Shown: positions 46,845 to 57,360 of the stretch, one piece after another | Layout: each line of letters starts with the position of its first letter | Position numbering within the stretch: position 1 is the first letter of the stretch | Source: an uncultured Opitutales bacterium | GTDB taxonomy: Bacteria; Verrucomicrobiota; Verrucomicrobiia; Opitutales; UBA2987 | Reading direction: 5' to 3' | DNA length: 64,000 nucleotides | NCBI GenBank assembly: GCA_964542645.1 | Contig: CAZIUG010000007.1 | Span: 73,619-137,618 of the forward strand | Program-made: the position numbers and the translations under genes | The notes under the pieces: generated by a model | Database searches by the model: none | What the model saw: the letters and a program-made list of their open reading frames with translations, nothing else | Told to the model about the DNA's origin: nothing

Positions 46845-48617
46845 CTAAGACACCCGATGGTTTTCCAACTCTTCTGCGATCTCCTCCAATAGGTCTCGCC
46901 GAAATTTTGTGTCTCGCTTCCGATCCGTCATCATCTCGAGAATTCGAATTTTGGATTGAGACTTCTTAATCAAAAGTTCAGGTAGGCTCTTCATCGACTT
47001 CACACGTTCGTATCCGATTCCAAAGGCGATTGCAATCTTCCTGAAATCGACATTTTGAGGCATGGCGAAATGATCCTCAAATGGAGGATCGTAGGCTGCT
47101 ATCGGAAGATTCTCGAATATTCCCCCACCTTGGTTGTTTACTAATACGATAGTAAGCCACCCTGTGAAATTTTTAGCAAGTAGGAGCGCATTGATATCAT
47201 GAAGAAAAGCGAGATCGCCAGTCAGTAGAAAACATCTACCCCCTCCATGGGCTATACCTATGGCTGTTGAGAGCGTTCCGTCGATTCCGTTCGCACCACG
47301 ATTACAGTAAACCTTGATTCGCGAATTGTTAGGTTGCCAGAAGTACTCCATATCCCTCACTGACATGCTGTTTGCTACGATCAGAACTGCCCTTCGAGGG
47401 AGGGCTTTCGAAAGCGTGTAAGCAACCCTCCCTTCGAAGTTGAAGGTACAAGTCTGCATTCTTTTGATAATTTTACGGTGCGCTGTTTTTTCGAATCCCA
47501 TCCAAGCTTTGAGAAACCCGTGATTCCTATTGGGTCCCCTGTCAAAAGAGCCAGCCAATGTCTCGACAGGAATCCGAAGAGGAATCGTCCCGCGATGCAG
47601 AGAATCAACATTGTCCGGCCCACAGTCCACGAGCCATGTCTTGGCATCGCCTTTATCTAACCAAGCCCTCAAGACTTTACTGGTAGGTAGAGGTCCGACG
47701 CTTAAAACGCATTCTGGCGACAAGAGTTTAGCGTACCCTTTGTTTCTCAAAATGGAATCGTAGTTTGAAATAAGAAACGGATTGAATTTAGCGAAATTCC
47801 GAAGCGGTCCCAGAGCATCAACCATCACAGGCCAATTAAGGAATCGTGAGATCTTTCCTATGGAGTCTGCAAATTCCTCCGCATCAACAGGACAATGCGG
47901 ACCTATAACGATCAGACCCTTCTTCGTCTCCTTCAATTCGGAGATTGTCTGTTCGATCTCCGTTTTCGGCAACTCGACAACCACTTTCATCGGTGATCGA
48001 ACCTGAGAAAAGAAGGCTGCATGTTTAACCCCGTCGTTAATTTCAATTTTTGAATCGTTTGTTTCAGGAGACAAAGGCTCACTAAATGGAAAGTTCAGAT
48101 GAACCGGTCCCCGGAACGGAAATTGTGTTCTTTCCCATGCGTAAACGAGGGTCTGCCTCAAATGTCTGAGATGCTCAAGTCTTCCACTTGGCATTGCCAA
48201 TTCAGCCTGGAAACTGGGATACTTCCCATAAATCTTCACCTGGTCGATAGTTTGGCCAGCCCGGCAGTTTCGCATTTCTGGCGGACGATCAGCCGTTAGA
48301 ACTAGGAGCGGAACCCGACTCTCATGTGCTTCGATCACGGCAGGGAAGAAATTCGCCACCGCTGTACCAGATGTACTAACCAAGGCAACCGGAATGTTGG
48401 ATCTTCGGGCGAGACCTAAGGCAAAAAACGAAGCTGATCGTTCATCAAGGACAGGAACTGTCTCGATTTTAGAATGCCTGGCTAATGCAAAAGTCAGTGG
48501 TGTGGAACGGGACCCAGGCGAAATAACGACGACGCGGAGCCCGAGTCGCTGCAATACTTCGGCCACAACAGCTCCCCATAGCGAATTAGCGTTTGAGCAT
48601 GCAATCTTATCGAACAT
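46845..48617 (-). CDS. menD: 2-succinyl-5-enolpyruvyl-6-hydroxy-3-cyclohexene-1-carboxylate (SEPHCHC) synthase
   Basis: ThDP enzyme layout: the N-terminal PYR domain SPGSRSTPLT and the C-terminal GDLAFLHDINAL...NNQGGGIF ThDP-binding motif. Its position between menF and menB supports the call. Confidence 0.92.
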   Translation of the reverse strand: MFDKIACSNANSLWGAVVAEVLQRLGLRVVVISPGSRSTPLTFALARHSKIETVPVLDERSASFFALGLARRSNIPVALVSTSGTAVANFFPAVIEAHESRVPLLVLTADRPPEMRNCRAGQTIDQVKIYGKYPSFQAELAMPSGRLEHLRHLRQTLVYAWERTQFPFRGPVHLNFPFSEPLSPETNDSKIEINDGVKHAAFFSQVRSPMKVVVELPKTEIEQTISELKETKKGLIVIGPHCPVDAEEFADSIGKISRFLNWPVMVDALGPLRNFAKFNPFLISNYDSILRNKGYAKLLSPECVLSVGPLPTSKVLRAWLDKGDAKTWLVDCGPDNVDSLHRGTIPLRIPVETLAGSFDRGPNRNHGFLKAWMGFEKTAHRKIIKRMQTCTFNFEGRVAYTLSKALPRRAVLIVANSMSVRDMEYFWQPNNSRIKVYCNRGANGIDGTLSTAIGIAHGGGRCFLLTGDLAFLHDINALLLAKNFTGWLTIVLVNNQGGGIFENLPIAAYDPPFEDHFAMPQNVDFRKIAIAFGIGYERVKSMKSLPELLIKKSQSKIRILEMMTDRKRDTKFRRDLLEEIAEELENHRVS

Positions 48618-48843
48618 TGAAAACTTCCTTAAAGTGCTGCCTCCTGCATCTGCAATTCCAAGCCCCCATAGACGGAGCCTCTATAACCCCCCATCCTTTT
48701 CTCTGTGTCAACCTAGGATCCTCGTTATGGCAATCTCAATGCTTCATCTTAACAACATAGGCTCGCCTAGAATAGGTTCCTCACATTTACAACTCATCTG
48801 TTCAAAAGCATGTGCTCTGTGACCGTTTCTAAACAGAAGAAAT

Positions 48844-50268
48844 TTAGTGGAGCGCTTGCAAGAGCGCTTGCAATTTGAGATCCACTTCAATCCCTTCTTC
48901 CTCCGGCCTTGAGTTTACTAAAATTCCGTTTCCTGCGTAGGCTCGGGCAGAATTGCCTTCAATCAGGGCAGAACGAATTGCAACCACCATCTCTCCGTTA
49001 CCTCCATGATCAAACCATCCCAGCGTTCCAGCATACAGTCCTCGACTGAATGGTTCTATCCTGCTGATATCAGCAAGAGCAGGTTCCCGTGGAACGCCAC
49101 CAACCGCGGGCGTTGGATGTAACACCTTGACGGCATCAAGCAGATGCAAGTCTTCCGGTTTTCGCGCTTTAATTGGAGTGCGCAAATGTTGTACATTAGG
49201 CAACTGTAGCAGACTCGGTTTCGCTGGGAATTCGACTTCCATTCCAATCGATTCTAAGCAATCTTTGATAGAATCTACGACGAACCGGTGTTCGTGGATA
49301 TTCTTGGCGCTTTCAAGCAAAGCCTGGGCGAAACTAGCGTCGGCCGCAGCTGTTGCTCCTCTCGAGATCGAACCTGCTAGCGCTTCCGTGTAAACCAGAT
49401 CTCTTTCTACTCGAACTAGGCGTTCTGGCGTAGCGCCGATGAAGCTCTTTTCAGATCCATCAGAAAAAGAAAATGCGTAGCAACCAGGATACTTGTTTCT
49501 TAGACGATTTAATGAGACCAGGGGCTTCAGCTCATTAGACCCAATTAGCTCGACGCACTTCGCTATGACGATTTTCTCATATCGCCCCAATGCAATCCTT
49601 TGGCAGGCCTGATTAACAGAATGTAGGAATGTTCCATCCCCCCCTAACTCCCTAATTTTATGCTCATTTTCTTGAGCAAGTTTTGGGGCCGACTCAACCG
49701 AAGAGTAGTCAAAGGCTGCAAATTTCTTATGTGCTGCCCACGTTCTCTCTGCGAGCTCAATCGGATCCGAGGTCGGGTAGACTACTATATTTGCTACTGC
49801 TCCATAAATCCCTTCTTTTCGACCCACCTGCCACCTGGGAAGAAATACTGTAGCAGGAGAAAAAGATGTATCTTTACCCGATTTATCATAAAACGTGAAC
49901 GCAGTGAAAAAATGCGGTCCCCAAAATGGTACATGAAAGTCCCCCACTGCGAAAGTGTGATTGAGTATTTCATTTGAGAACTGCAATACTTGTTGGAACC
50001 TTCCCGGACCATGGAAGTTTTTCTCCAAAATCGCATCCGCACCTGCTATAGCCTCTTCTTTAATTGGATGCTCCATGTAAAAATGAAGCTCATCCGATTC
50101 GTAAATCGATTCCAGGACCGCAAGCGAGTCGAGATGTTTTACCTCCAGTGAAATGCTCGCCACCTTGTAGTGATTGTCCCTAAGAGCTGAATCTCGACAA
50201 TCGGTCAGAAAACGAAGTAATCCTTCGAAGTCACGTTCAACATAAAGCCCCGGGGAGATCTTTATCAC
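48844..50268 (-). CDS. menF: Isochorismate synthase
   Basis: Chorismate-binding domain with FIGATPERLV, LHPTPAVGGVPRE and GLYAGTLGW. It is first in the menF-menD-menB string. Confidence 0.88.
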   Translation of the reverse strand: MIKISPGLYVERDFEGLLRFLTDCRDSALRDNHYKVASISLEVKHLDSLAVLESIYESDELHFYMEHPIKEEAIAGADAILEKNFHGPGRFQQVLQFSNEILNHTFAVGDFHVPFWGPHFFTAFTFYDKSGKDTSFSPATVFLPRWQVGRKEGIYGAVANIVVYPTSDPIELAERTWAAHKKFAAFDYSSVESAPKLAQENEHKIRELGGDGTFLHSVNQACQRIALGRYEKIVIAKCVELIGSNELKPLVSLNRLRNKYPGCYAFSFSDGSEKSFIGATPERLVRVERDLVYTEALAGSISRGATAAADASFAQALLESAKNIHEHRFVVDSIKDCLESIGMEVEFPAKPSLLQLPNVQHLRTPIKARKPEDLHLLDAVKVLHPTPAVGGVPREPALADISRIEPFSRGLYAGTLGWFDHGGNGEMVVAIRSALIEGNSARAYAGNGILVNSRPEEEGIEVDLKLQALLQALH

Positions 50269-50330
50269 GGAATCTTGCTACTATCGAGTCGTCCGAAACT
50301 CAAGTCCGCCGATGATGAATTTCAAATTTC

Positions 50331-51854
50331 CTAAACCCGGGGAAATAGAATTGTCTTCTTTTCAACCCTTTTACCCTCAAGTATATTGGACCAATCGAGC
50401 CCTTTTTGCCAAGAAGATGCCTCGGGTTGCCCCAAGAGTGCCAGGATTTTGGCCGAAGTATCCGGCATTACAGGTGCCAACAAACAAACCGCGAGACGAA
50501 GACCTTCCGCCATATGAGCTAGCGTAGTATCAACAGAGCCAACATCACCGGACTTGCTAGATTTAGCCAACTTCCAAGGAGCCCGAATTTCGGCGTAACG
50601 ATTAATCGACCTGATAAAATTGAAAGTTTCTTCCAGTCCATTATTGAATCTAAATTCTTCGAAAAGACTAACAACATTCCAATTCGTTTTCTTCCAGCTC
50701 TCTTTCAAGTTCTCTTCCGGTTGCTCTGTGAGCTTACCTAATGGTAGCACTCCATCCCGGTACTGATGGACCATATTAAGAAGCCTACTTACAAGATTAC
50801 CTAAATCATTTGCTAAATCACTCGTGTAGCGCGTGAGAAAAAGCTCCAAAGAGAATTCGCTGTCCTGCCCTACCGTCATTTCACGTGTTACGAAATACCG
50901 AAATACATCGGCTCCGTACTGATTGATGAGGTCGAGAGGATTCACTGTCTCCCCCGTGCTTTTAGACATTTTTTTACCCGCAGTTGTCCAGAACCCGTGA
51001 ACAAGAAACCCGCGGGGAGGTTCGTAGCCTGCAGCTTTGAGCATTATCGGCCAGTAGATTGCATGGGGAGGCACCAGGATATCTTTCCCAATAACGTGAA
51101 AGTTAGCCGGCCAGAAATCGCGCAGGTTGGATTTATGAGGATCGACCGCTGAAAGATAGTTGATCAAAGCATCGAACCAGACGTAAGCGACATATTCGTT
51201 ATCAAAGGGAAGGGGGATACCCCATCCGAGTCGCTCCTTAGGTCGGGAAATGCAAAGGTCATTAATCGGCTCCTTGAGAAATTCAAGGACTTGTTTGGCA
51301 CGAAATCTAGGGTAGATAAGGTCTTCGTGATCTTGGATATATTCGATTAGCCAATCGCGGTATTTACTCAAACGAAAGAAATAATTCGCCTCCGTAATCT
51401 TTATGACCTCTCCATAATCCTCTGGCCACTTATTGCCTTTCTTTTCCGTTTCCTGCACGAATTGTTCTGCCCGTACGCTATAAAAACCACTGTACTCGCC
51501 CTTGTAGATCTCTCCTTCGTCAAAGAGTCGCTGCAGAATGTCGCGGACCACCGTTTTATGTCGCTCCTCTGTTGTGCGAATATAGTCGTCATTTGATATA
51601 TTAAGATCGACCAACAGCTTCTGGAAGCTTTCAGCAATCGAGTCGACAAACACCTTAGGATCGATTCCTTCCCTTTTTGCGCTCTGTTGTACCTTTTGCC
51701 CGTGCTCATCCAATCCAGTTAAAAAGTGAACCTGATCGCCCTGAAGGCGTCGCAGTCGTGCCACCACATCAGCTAGGACCTTTTCGTAAGCATGTCCCAG
51801 ATGCGGCGGGCCATTAGCATAATCAATCGCTGTAGTTATGTAGAACTTCCCCAT
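50331..51854 (-). CDS. metG: Methionine--tRNA ligase (short form, no C-terminal Trbp111-like domain)
   Basis: MGKFYITTAIDYANGPPHLGHAYEK (HIGH motif) and GKKMSKSTGE (KMSKS). I start at the ATG at 51854. The ORF-track start at 51932 adds 26 residues that do not look conserved. Confidence 0.93.
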   Translation of the reverse strand: MGKFYITTAIDYANGPPHLGHAYEKVLADVVARLRRLQGDQVHFLTGLDEHGQKVQQSAKREGIDPKVFVDSIAESFQKLLVDLNISNDDYIRTTEERHKTVVRDILQRLFDEGEIYKGEYSGFYSVRAEQFVQETEKKGNKWPEDYGEVIKITEANYFFRLSKYRDWLIEYIQDHEDLIYPRFRAKQVLEFLKEPINDLCISRPKERLGWGIPLPFDNEYVAYVWFDALINYLSAVDPHKSNLRDFWPANFHVIGKDILVPPHAIYWPIMLKAAGYEPPRGFLVHGFWTTAGKKMSKSTGETVNPLDLINQYGADVFRYFVTREMTVGQDSEFSLELFLTRYTSDLANDLGNLVSRLLNMVHQYRDGVLPLGKLTEQPEENLKESWKKTNWNVVSLFEEFRFNNGLEETFNFIRSINRYAEIRAPWKLAKSSKSGDVGSVDTTLAHMAEGLRLAVCLLAPVMPDTSAKILALLGQPEASSWQKGLDWSNILEGKRVEKKTILFPRV

Positions 51855-52213
51855 CGATTGTGCACTCTGAACTGAAGTATTCCCCTTTGTCGACAAGGTT
51901 TGAAACGTCTTAGAGGAGAATTGTCCGAACATATAACTATCATGATATCGCTCTGAATCGACTCCCGTGAATGAATTTCAGCGTAAATCGTAGTAATAGA
52001 AAGCGGTATACAATCACCCCTAAGCTTTAGAAGATCTCTAGGTATAAAATACAACTACTCCCGATAAAACCAGAAAAGAAAAAGATACAATTGCCCCTGT
52101 CCATTTGTTAGCTTTATACGGATAGATACTACCTGGCATTAGTCTTTCTGCTGGATTCAGCATGGTCGGGGGACGACCATAGATTACCGATAAGTTCTCA
52201 ATTTATTAGGGTC

Positions 52214-52816
52214 TCATTGGTTGCCAATCCAATCCTGCAAACTCTCGATCGCCCGCGCCCGATGACTGATCGCGTCCTTTCGCTTCGCATCCATCTCCGC
52301 AAAAGTCTCAACGCAATCGGCCGGCACAAAGATTGGATCGTAGCCGAAACCGTTTCCACCACGAGGGCTCATAGAAATGGCCCCCTGACACATGCCTCGG
52401 AAAATATGTTCACCCCCACAAGGACCATGCAGCACCAGGCAGCAGACAAATCGAGCCGATCGATCCTGCTTTACTACTCCTTCAAGATCGCTCAATAGCT
52501 TTCTGTTGTTCTCCTCATAAGTAGCCGAATCCCCCGCATAGCGAGCAGAAAGCACACCGGGTTTCCCATTAAGGAAATCTACTTCTAATCCGCTGTCGTC
52601 CGCCAATACCCAAACATCTTCGGGAACATTCTTCCTCAACGCTCTTATCTTCAGCCGGGCATTACCTTCAAAACTATCCTCCGTCTCATCCACCAACCCC
52701 ATACCACCGATGGTATCCAGAAACCTCAGTGTAACATCTTGGTGCCCTTCTCTCAATATCGCTGTAAACTCCTTAACTTTGTGTTCATTGGAGGTAGCGA
52801 TGTAGATAATCATCAT
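52214..52816 (-). CDS. rdgB: RdgB/HAM1 family non-canonical purine NTP pyrophosphatase
   Basis: IYIATSNEHKVKEF, DDSGLEVDFLNGKPGVLSARYAG and GFGYDPIF are family signatures. Confidence 0.9.
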   Translation of the reverse strand: MMIIYIATSNEHKVKEFTAILREGHQDVTLRFLDTIGGMGLVDETEDSFEGNARLKIRALRKNVPEDVWVLADDSGLEVDFLNGKPGVLSARYAGDSATYEENNRKLLSDLEGVVKQDRSARFVCCLVLHGPCGGEHIFRGMCQGAISMSPRGGNGFGYDPIFVPADCVETFAEMDAKRKDAISHRARAIESLQDWIGNQ

Positions 52817-52984
52817 GGGAAATGCGTTTACTTAAAGGCAAAATTAATATCTCAAACACCTGTACTTCTCTACTCCGAAGCCAAATAAATTTGTATACAC
52901 CTATGTGGTATTTGTTTTGCCTATCACCAGAAGAGAAGCACTAACCCGAACTCGCCGATCTTTCCGTGCATGACTATTTTCAGT

Positions 52985-54106
52985 TTAAGCATTAGGATAA
53001 ACCATTTCCCCTCTCAAAAGCTCGTCGTCACCAAAAACACAATGGCGGATTTGTTCAAGTCTGAAGCCCTCTCCAATCGTCATCGGACTAGCACCTGAAA
53101 AAGCTGGGGACGAACACTCATCCGCTAGGATAGTTGACGATCGGTAACAAAAAAAATAGTCCAATTCGCTGTTCAACAATAGCGAGCTGATCAAACGTGA
53201 TCCTCCTTCAAAGAGGACGCCTACTATTTCCTTCTCCCTGCAGCGTCTGCGAAAATTCGAGGCCCAACCGCCTTGTCCTTCTTCCCCTACTATCCATTCT
53301 TCTATGCCGAATTTCTTCAACCGACGCCTCGCAGAATCATCACCTTCTCCTCGCGTTACGATAGTTGTCCGCTCTCGATGGCTATCGGTATACACCCTTG
53401 GTAGAGGATCCGTAAGTGTCCGCAGTCGGCGATCAAAGATAAATCGAATCGGAGACCACTCACTTTCTTTTCGACGGCTGGTTAGTCTAGGATCATCCTT
53501 CAAAACAGTTTCAGAGCCAACTGCGATAGCAGGGAAGAGCCGGCGCCACTGCATTACATCTTTGCGAGCATCTTCTCCTGTAATCCAGCGAGAATGTCCG
53601 CTTCTCGTTGCAATTCTCCCATCAAGTGTAGTCGCAAGTTTTCCAGCGAAAAAGGGTTTCCCACGAGTTATCCAGTGATTAAAGATTAAGTTTAGATCCT
53701 CACATTCCAATTTCAGAACTCCAACATCGACTTCGACTCCAGCAGCCCGAAGGATCCTCAACCCCTTCCCCTGATGCACAGGATTTGGGTCGACCATTCC
53801 GATAACAACTCGTCCAATCCCTGCGTCTATAATTGCCTCTGTACAAGGCGGCATTCGACCTTGTGTGCTACACGGTTCCAAATTGACATAAAGCGTCGCG
53901 TCACGAGAGAGCGAGCTGGTGACAGATTTCAGTGCTACAATTTCAGCATGATCCGATCCCGCCTGAGCATGGTAGCCCTCCCCTACAACCTTGCTGTGGT
54001 CAACAATAACGGCACCAACCATGGGATTGGGATGGGTTGTCCCCCATCCTTTCCGCGCTAATTCAATTGCGCGTTGCATAAATCGGGTGTCCTGTTCTGA
54101 AGACAT
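52985..54106 (-). CDS. ribD: Bifunctional riboflavin biosynthesis deaminase/reductase
   Basis: Deaminase zinc site HAEIVAL...PCSTQGRMPPC. The C-terminal RibD_C reductase domain carries KLATTLDGRIA. Confidence 0.93.
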   Translation of the reverse strand: MSSEQDTRFMQRAIELARKGWGTTHPNPMVGAVIVDHSKVVGEGYHAQAGSDHAEIVALKSVTSSLSRDATLYVNLEPCSTQGRMPPCTEAIIDAGIGRVVIGMVDPNPVHQGKGLRILRAAGVEVDVGVLKLECEDLNLIFNHWITRGKPFFAGKLATTLDGRIATRSGHSRWITGEDARKDVMQWRRLFPAIAVGSETVLKDDPRLTSRRKESEWSPIRFIFDRRLRTLTDPLPRVYTDSHRERTTIVTRGEGDDSARRRLKKFGIEEWIVGEEGQGGWASNFRRRCREKEIVGVLFEGGSRLISSLLLNSELDYFFCYRSSTILADECSSPAFSGASPMTIGEGFRLEQIRHCVFGDDELLRGEMVYPNA

Positions 54107-54133
54107 TGAGCGCCAATCGCTGTTATTTTCGGG

Positions 54134-54772
54134 CTATCCCCTCAGAAACGGATTATTCCGCTTTTCCTCCCCCACAGTTGTCTCCGGCCCATGGCCCGGA
54201 TAAACGATCGTCTCATTCGGCAAGGTATAAATTTTCTCCCTGATTGACTTTTCCAACAGCTCAAAACTACAACCAGGGAAATCCGTCCTTCCTATGCTAC
54301 CAGCAAAAATTGCGTCACCAGAAAAGCATACCCTTAACCCGGCAAGGAAAAAAAGAATACTTCCGGCACTATGCCCAGGCACATGACGCACCTCCGCCAG
54401 ATTCCCTAGAATCTCAATTTGATCTCCGTCCTCAAGAAAGTGATCAACTCTACCAGGGGAAATCTCAATGCCCGGCACAGCAAAGTCAGCCATACGTGCC
54501 GGTGACCTAATCAACTCCTCATCTTCCTTATGTCCAAAAATTTTGACTCCTCTTTTGGCAAACTTGGCCACGTCTAATATATGGTCCCAATGACCATGGG
54601 TAAGATAGACTGCCTCAAGTTCGCAGTTCTTATCTTTCAGAACTCGAGAGAATGTGCTCCAAGCCTCCAAAGGCGCATCGAATAGAACCGCCTTACGTGA
54701 TGCTTCATTAAGAAGAAGATACGCATTAGTACCAATCGGAGGAAGTTCGAACTTCAGAATTTCCACGTTCAA
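54134..54772 (-). CDS. MBL-fold metallo-hydrolase (glyoxalase II-like)
   Basis: LTHGHWDH (HxHxDH), a later VPGHSAGS and a C-terminal YPGHG. Size is 212 aa. Confidence 0.88.
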   Translation of the reverse strand: MNVEILKFELPPIGTNAYLLLNEASRKAVLFDAPLEAWSTFSRVLKDKNCELEAVYLTHGHWDHILDVAKFAKRGVKIFGHKEDEELIRSPARMADFAVPGIEISPGRVDHFLEDGDQIEILGNLAEVRHVPGHSAGSILFFLAGLRVCFSGDAIFAGSIGRTDFPGCSFELLEKSIREKIYTLPNETIVYPGHGPETTVGEEKRNNPFLRG

Positions 54773-54906
54773 GACCCTGGCCCTCGGTATCCCAATCTGG
54801 CAATGAGATTCTGTTCCTTATTGCTGCGATTCTCCTCACTATTCTGGATCAGCCTAAAACCGTCCCTAACCATCTTCAAAGTCCAGATGTGCATTTGAGT
54901 CCCAGG

Positions 54907-55890
54907 TCAGGTACCGTAGACCTCTTGTATTAGACGCCGGATATACCCATTGGCGAAAGCTTTACCCACTCTCTCCGACTGGCCATTGGGGAACCGTGGA
55001 GTATGGTCCATCATAAATGGGCCATTAAATCCATGATCTCGATAGGCCTCCATAGCCTTCCTCATATCGATATCTCCTTCGTCGATGAAGACTTCCTCGA
55101 AGTAGGGTAGCTGTCCCCTGACGTTACGAAAATGGACATATGCCATTTTTCTTCCCGAAGCTATTTCACCAATGAAATCATATACACTCCCGCCGAGCAG
55201 TTCCGTCATACAGCCCTGACAAAAAAGCATCCGGTGAGAATCACTCGAGATGACGCCGAGAATCCGGCGCCACTGATCAGTTGTCGAACAGACTTGCCAA
55301 ACACCTCCGAGTGGTTCTGGAACCGGAGGATCATCAGGATGCAGCGCCATTGTTACTCCAGCCTCTTCCGCAACAGGAATGACAATCCGGAGAAATCGCT
55401 CCAAGCGCTCCCACATCTTTTCTTCCGATACCTCAGGGATATGTAGTCCAGAGGAGTCGAGTTCCCTCATGTAACGAGAATAATCGAAGGTACTGTAATA
55501 CGCTCCTCCCCGGCCAATAGCCGACTCGGTCCGGAAATTTCCCATTGGTTTAAAATTCCATCCCAGCATCGGAATACCCGCCGCCCCGAGACTCTCTAGC
55601 ATCCTGCACCAGGACTCTGTGCTCTTATCGGCACCCTCTAGACCCAAAGTCACTGTTCGCGGACAAGCATAGAAAAGGTTGTTCAACTGCATACCATGGT
55701 TTTCAACCTTTTTTCGGATCCTAAGCAACGGCTCAACTGAGAAGTCGCTTTCCAGGAAATTCATTTCATGCCCTTTCACATCGACGGCACCACGAGTCTC
55801 CAAGTGGATTGTGTCTACCCCAATAGCGGAATAAAATTCCAGAATCCCGCTATCGAGTTCGTCACAGTGAACCTGATCCTGAATTAACAT
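54907..55890 (-). CDS. Short UxuA-like (mannonate dehydratase family) protein, paralogue 1
   Basis: LGWNFKPMGNFRTE, MALHPDDPPVPEPLGG, AYVHFRNVRG and FMMDHTP are blocks I associate with the UxuA TIM-barrel. At 327 aa it is shorter than E. coli UxuA. Roughly half the positions are identical to the ORF at 62228-63178 on by-eye alignment. Confidence 0.78.
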   Translation of the reverse strand: MLIQDQVHCDELDSGILEFYSAIGVDTIHLETRGAVDVKGHEMNFLESDFSVEPLLRIRKKVENHGMQLNNLFYACPRTVTLGLEGADKSTESWCRMLESLGAAGIPMLGWNFKPMGNFRTESAIGRGGAYYSTFDYSRYMRELDSSGLHIPEVSEEKMWERLERFLRIVIPVAEEAGVTMALHPDDPPVPEPLGGVWQVCSTTDQWRRILGVISSDSHRMLFCQGCMTELLGGSVYDFIGEIASGRKMAYVHFRNVRGQLPYFEEVFIDEGDIDMRKAMEAYRDHGFNGPFMMDHTPRFPNGQSERVGKAFANGYIRRLIQEVYGT

Positions 55891-56367
55891 TTTTCTAGGA
55901 ATCTAAAGTAATTCTCCAGTCAAGACAATACTACTATACGGATGAAAGCAGATTGTAATTCTGTCTTTCACAGCCGCAACACGGATTGTTAAGATTAAGG
56001 CTCCAATGGCTTCCAAATAGTAAAACTTAACTCTGATTAAAGTTTTCCATAGACTTTTCTGTAACCGCTTCGATGCCTGTGTACAATTTCTCCTGATTCT
56101 AGAACCAAACCTCGATGAGGCTAATCTCGTAGTGAATATTGATTAGACTTACGCGCCATTAACCAAAATAACCGTTAGGAACATTCGTCTCCGGTCCCAG
56201 CTTTCTCTCCCGCACTCATATTGATCAGGATAACCTTGCAATCAGCTTATCAGAGTCCTTCCAAATACATAAGGACAACACCAGGTTGCAAAATTCAACG
56301 TCTAGGTTCAAATAGCTTATCGACAGATTCCTTGCTTCCTAAATATTTTTGAGTACCTTTCTCCAAT

Positions 56368-57360
56368 ATGATCCGCCGTGAATTTTTGCGTGCAGTGTTA
56401 GGTGCCTCCGGCTCGACTGTTCTAACTCCTAGTTTTTCGTTAGGTGGGAGTACAATGACGGGACAATCAGACAAGCTCGGCGCTCTTTTGCCACTCCGCC
56501 CATTCGCCGACACCGGAGAAAAGTTGACCATAATGGGCATCGGGGGCTGGCATATCGGTCATTGTGAAGAAAGTGAATCCCAACGAATTATCGAGACGGC
56601 AATCGAGAATGGCGTTCGATTCTTCGACAATGCATGGAAGTACCACAACGGACTCAGCGAAGAGCGACATGGGAAGTTCCTTACCCCAAAGTACCGGAGT
56701 CACATCTTCCTCATGTCCAAGGCTGATTCACGTGAAGGACCCTCCCCAAGTAAACAACTCGAGGACTCGTTGCGCCGTATGAGGACCGACTACCTCGACC
56801 TATGGTTGATTCACACCGTAAGCAGTCCGGAAGATGCGATGAATCGTGTCCCCGAGATGCTACCGGTTATCGAGAAAGCTATCGAGGAAGGTAAAGTGCG
56901 GTACGCTGGATTCTCCGGACACACCGTAACCTCAGCGCATCTAAAAGTTCTGGAGATGACAAAGGGGGGACCTCTCAAAACGTGTCTCATGCCCATCAGT
57001 CCAGTCGACGCAGTCTCTCGCGATAGTTTTACTATGAAAGTGCTACCCAAGCTCATTGATCAGGGTTACGCTCCCTTGGCCATGAAGACGATGAATTCGG
57101 GAAGAGCCTTGAATGCATACCAGGGTAAATCCGTAGTCCCCGGTCGACTCTCTTTCGAGGAGAATTTCTGGTTCACCCTTTCTCTACCCATCTGTTCATG
57201 GGTGAGCGGAATTCCCAACCTTGCCAACCTGAGACAGAATCTCGATATCGCCAAGCGATTCACCTCTCTAACCGAAAGTGATCGTAGCGCAATCGCAGAT
57301 AAAGTCACAGAGATAGCCGATGCCGTTGGCCTAGAACCCTATCGGGGATGGCTGTATTGA
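56368..57360 (+). CDS. Aldo/keto reductase with a twin-arginine (Tat) signal peptide
   Basis: MIRREFLRAVLGASGSTVL (RR-x-F-L Tat motif). The AKR core has FFDNAWKYHNG, YLDLWLIH and GFSGH. Confidence 0.88.
   Translation: MIRREFLRAVLGASGSTVLTPSFSLGGSTMTGQSDKLGALLPLRPFADTGEKLTIMGIGGWHIGHCEESESQRIIETAIENGVRFFDNAWKYHNGLSEERHGKFLTPKYRSHIFLMSKADSREGPSPSKQLEDSLRRMRTDYLDLWLIHTVSSPEDAMNRVPEMLPVIEKAIEEGKVRYAGFSGHTVTSAHLKVLEMTKGGPLKTCLMPISPVDAVSRDSFTMKVLPKLIDQGYAPLAMKTMNSGRALNAYQGKSVVPGRLSFEENFWFTLSLPICSWVSGIPNLANLRQNLDIAKRFTSLTESDRSAIADKVTEIADAVGLEPYRGWLY

Noticed and set aside
46467-48822. Plus-strand ORFs of 141 aa and 142 aa (46467-46892 and 48394-48822) spanning the men gene ends and spacers
   Set aside because: They are mostly antisense to the menB, menD and menF coding sequence. 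The intergenic parts translate to Pro/Ser/Leu-rich sequence without features.
51855-51932. 26-codon N-terminal extension of metG in the ORF track
   Set aside because: MetRS proteins normally begin a few residues before the (F/Y)ITT...HxGH block. The ATG at 51854 gives exactly that (MGKFYITTAIDY...). The extension looks unconserved.
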